From: Chiloscyllium plagiosum
Taxonomy: Eukaryota
DNA length: 37,043 nucleotides
Reading direction: 5' to 3'
Assembly (NCBI RefSeq): GCF_004010195.1
Contig: NW_025214959.1
Span: 19,279-56,321 of the forward strand
Shown here: positions 35,310-37,043 of the stretch, in pieces
Layout: the number at the start of each line of letters is the position of its first letter
Numbering within the stretch: position 1 is the first letter of the stretch
Program-made: the position numbers and the translations under genes
The notes under the pieces: model-generated
What the model saw: only the letters and a program-made list of their open reading frames with translations
What the model was told of the DNA's origin: nothing
Database searches by the model: none

Positions 35310-35671
35310 GAGCTGTGTTCTCTCTCCATGAACTGTGTTCTCTCTCGATGAGCTCTGTTCTCTCTGCAGATGCTCCATGAGCTGTGTTCTCTCTCCATGA
35401 GCTGTGTTCTCTCTCCATGAGCTGTGTTCTCTCTGCAGATGCTCCATGGGCTGTGTTCTTACTCCATGAGCTGTGTTCTCTCTCCATGAGCTGTGTTCTC
35501 TCTCCATGAGCTGTGTTCTCTCTCCATGAACTGTGTTCTCTCTCGATGAGCTCTGTTCTCTCTGCAGATGCTCCATGAGCTGTGTTCTCTCTCCATGAGC
35601 TGTGTTCTCTCTCCATGAGCTGTGTTCTCTCTGCAGATGCTCCATGAGCTGTGTTCTCTCTCCATGAGCTG
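35310..35671. repeat. 20-bp minisatellite GAGCTGTGTTCTCTCTCCAT with 29-bp variants and a 198-bp higher-order period
   Basis: The variant series GAACTG..CGAT / GAGCTCTG..GCAGATGCTCCAT recurs at 35330 and 35528. Confidence 0.95.
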
Positions 35672-36511
35672 CTGACATTTTCCAGCTCTGGTATTCTTAA
35701 TCCTAGATCAGCAAAACCTCATTCTCAATTTTTCTTCATAATGTTTATCTTTATGATAGTTGGAAACAAAATTGTTTCCCTGGAGTTTATTGGTGCAGTT
35801 TGCCTTTCTGAACTATATTTGCTAACAAATCTTAACGCTAAATCGTTTTAGGTTTATTTGTAAGTAATTTGCATTGCTGCACCATCTTCAAGTATAATCC
35901 GTTGTTGACATCAGAAAGGCCACAGGAAGTTCGTCAGCTCTTTCAGAGTTGAATGGGACTATTCAACCTTTGAGGTATTTACTGGAAAGAGTGCAATAAA
36001 TCAGCCATATTACTTCTCTTCTGCTATTTTTCAATTTCCTGTGCACAGTACTTCCTAATTCTTCAATGATGTCAGCCCTCAAAATGCAACTTCTTACTCT
36101 AAGATGCTCCTGCTTCAGGGACGTTAAACATACAGAGTTTCCAAAATCTGGCCGAGTATGAGAACAAGGACAATTGTGTAGGCATTAGCTTGGTGTCAAA
36201 CTGCAAATTCAAGTAGAAATGGACGTGCCTGACTATTAGACAGAATGGGACAGAAGTCCTGCTGTGTTCCATTTCTATCTCATTATTGCCACCATTTGAC
36301 ATTTTACCCTTAATTCTCACGCGAGTGAAAATAACACACCAAAGGAAAGAACTCAGTGCATATAACACTGCACTGTACAGACATTCATTGATTTCCTGGT
36401 AAAAGACAGTCTCCCTCATTTCCATGTTGCTATCTGCTCAGCTCATATGGTGATCTTCAATTATAGAAGAAAATAGTCAATGGATTGATGGAGCTGGCTA
36501 ACTAAGAATTG

Positions 36512-36590
36512 TTTTTAGTGCAGAAAGTTGTTAAGAACGGGAATGTATAACCTGAAAGGGTGATGGACGCAGATTCAATTGTAACTTTCA
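36512..36590 (+). mobile_element. Short CR1-like LINE 3'-end fragment
   Basis: TTTTTAGTGCAGAAAGTTGTTAAGAACGGGAATGTATAACCTGAAAGGGTGATGGACGCAGATTCAATTGTAACTTTCA resembles 'FF.QRVV..WN.LPERVVEADSIVTF'. Confidence 0.65.
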
Positions 36591-37043
36591 GATTTTAATG
36601 ACCCCCCTCTGGACTAGGCTTGTAGCAAATCACTTCAGTTCTCAAGATATTTTATGAATATTAAGGACCATTGTGCCAAACACTGAAGAATTTCTGAATA
36701 AGAACTATGTGGATAACTATCTTGTTTTGTTTTTGCCGATGACTGATGCAAATAAACAAATCTTCAACTATTTTCAAACCATAATTCATCACTATCTTCA
36801 TGAAAAAGTACCAGGGATAGCGCCTGCCAATTCTTGTAGTATCACTGCCATTTGTAAGGAGTGTTTGAATATTATTAGTTTTACTGGTAGGATTACAAAC
36901 TTCCAAGAGAATGTTTCTGAGGTCTGAATTATGGTCTGGTACTTAGCGCATTTCACATAGCTCTTGATAAAGAAAGTGTCTCTTGAAACCATTTTAAACA
37001 TGAAGGTGTATGTTAACTGAAGGGTAGTGAATGTCAGTCTTAT

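Noticed and set aside
12849..35678. Giant ~7,500-aa ORFs on both strands (Cys/Val-rich or His/Thr-rich repeat proteins)
   Set aside because: They follow trivially from a stop-free 28-bp unit. All frames give the same peptide, there is no synonymous variation and no unique domain, and the array lies in intronic position relative to PIAS3.
36661..37001. Overlapping 67-84-aa ORFs near the right end
   Set aside because: No recognisable domain or splice pattern, and they are bounded by stops. A tBLASTx or HMM search would be needed to exclude a decayed transposon or viral gene.

Overview
Vertebrate genomic DNA, probably from a cartilaginous fish (inferred from HE1-type SINEs and shark-type CR1, L2 and Penelope repeats), with one 522-nt assembly gap. 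It holds the last six coding exons of POLR3C (RNA polymerase III subunit RPC3/RPC62) on the + strand (208-5679). Convergent with it on the - strand are the last five coding exons of a PIAS-family SUMO E3 ligase, most likely PIAS3 (8400-12670). The introns are packed with LINE/SINE/Penelope relics and minisatellites. About 60% of the window (12919-35309) is one (CA)n-containing minisatellite, including 781 apparently identical 28-bp units. It produces the ~7,500-aa ORFs, which are not genes, and its length may be an assembly artefact. The most notable observations are: (1) a 30-nt antisense copy of POLR3C's own coding exon inserted into a downstream intron between 22-bp direct repeats; (2) a head-to-head Penelope insertion with a 13-bp TSD and two decayed hammerhead-ribozyme motifs; (3) a likely U12-type POLR3C intron whose best-fitting 3' end is not AG; (4) no NUDT17 between POLR3C and PIAS3. 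All family assignments are from recognition by eye, not from database searches.
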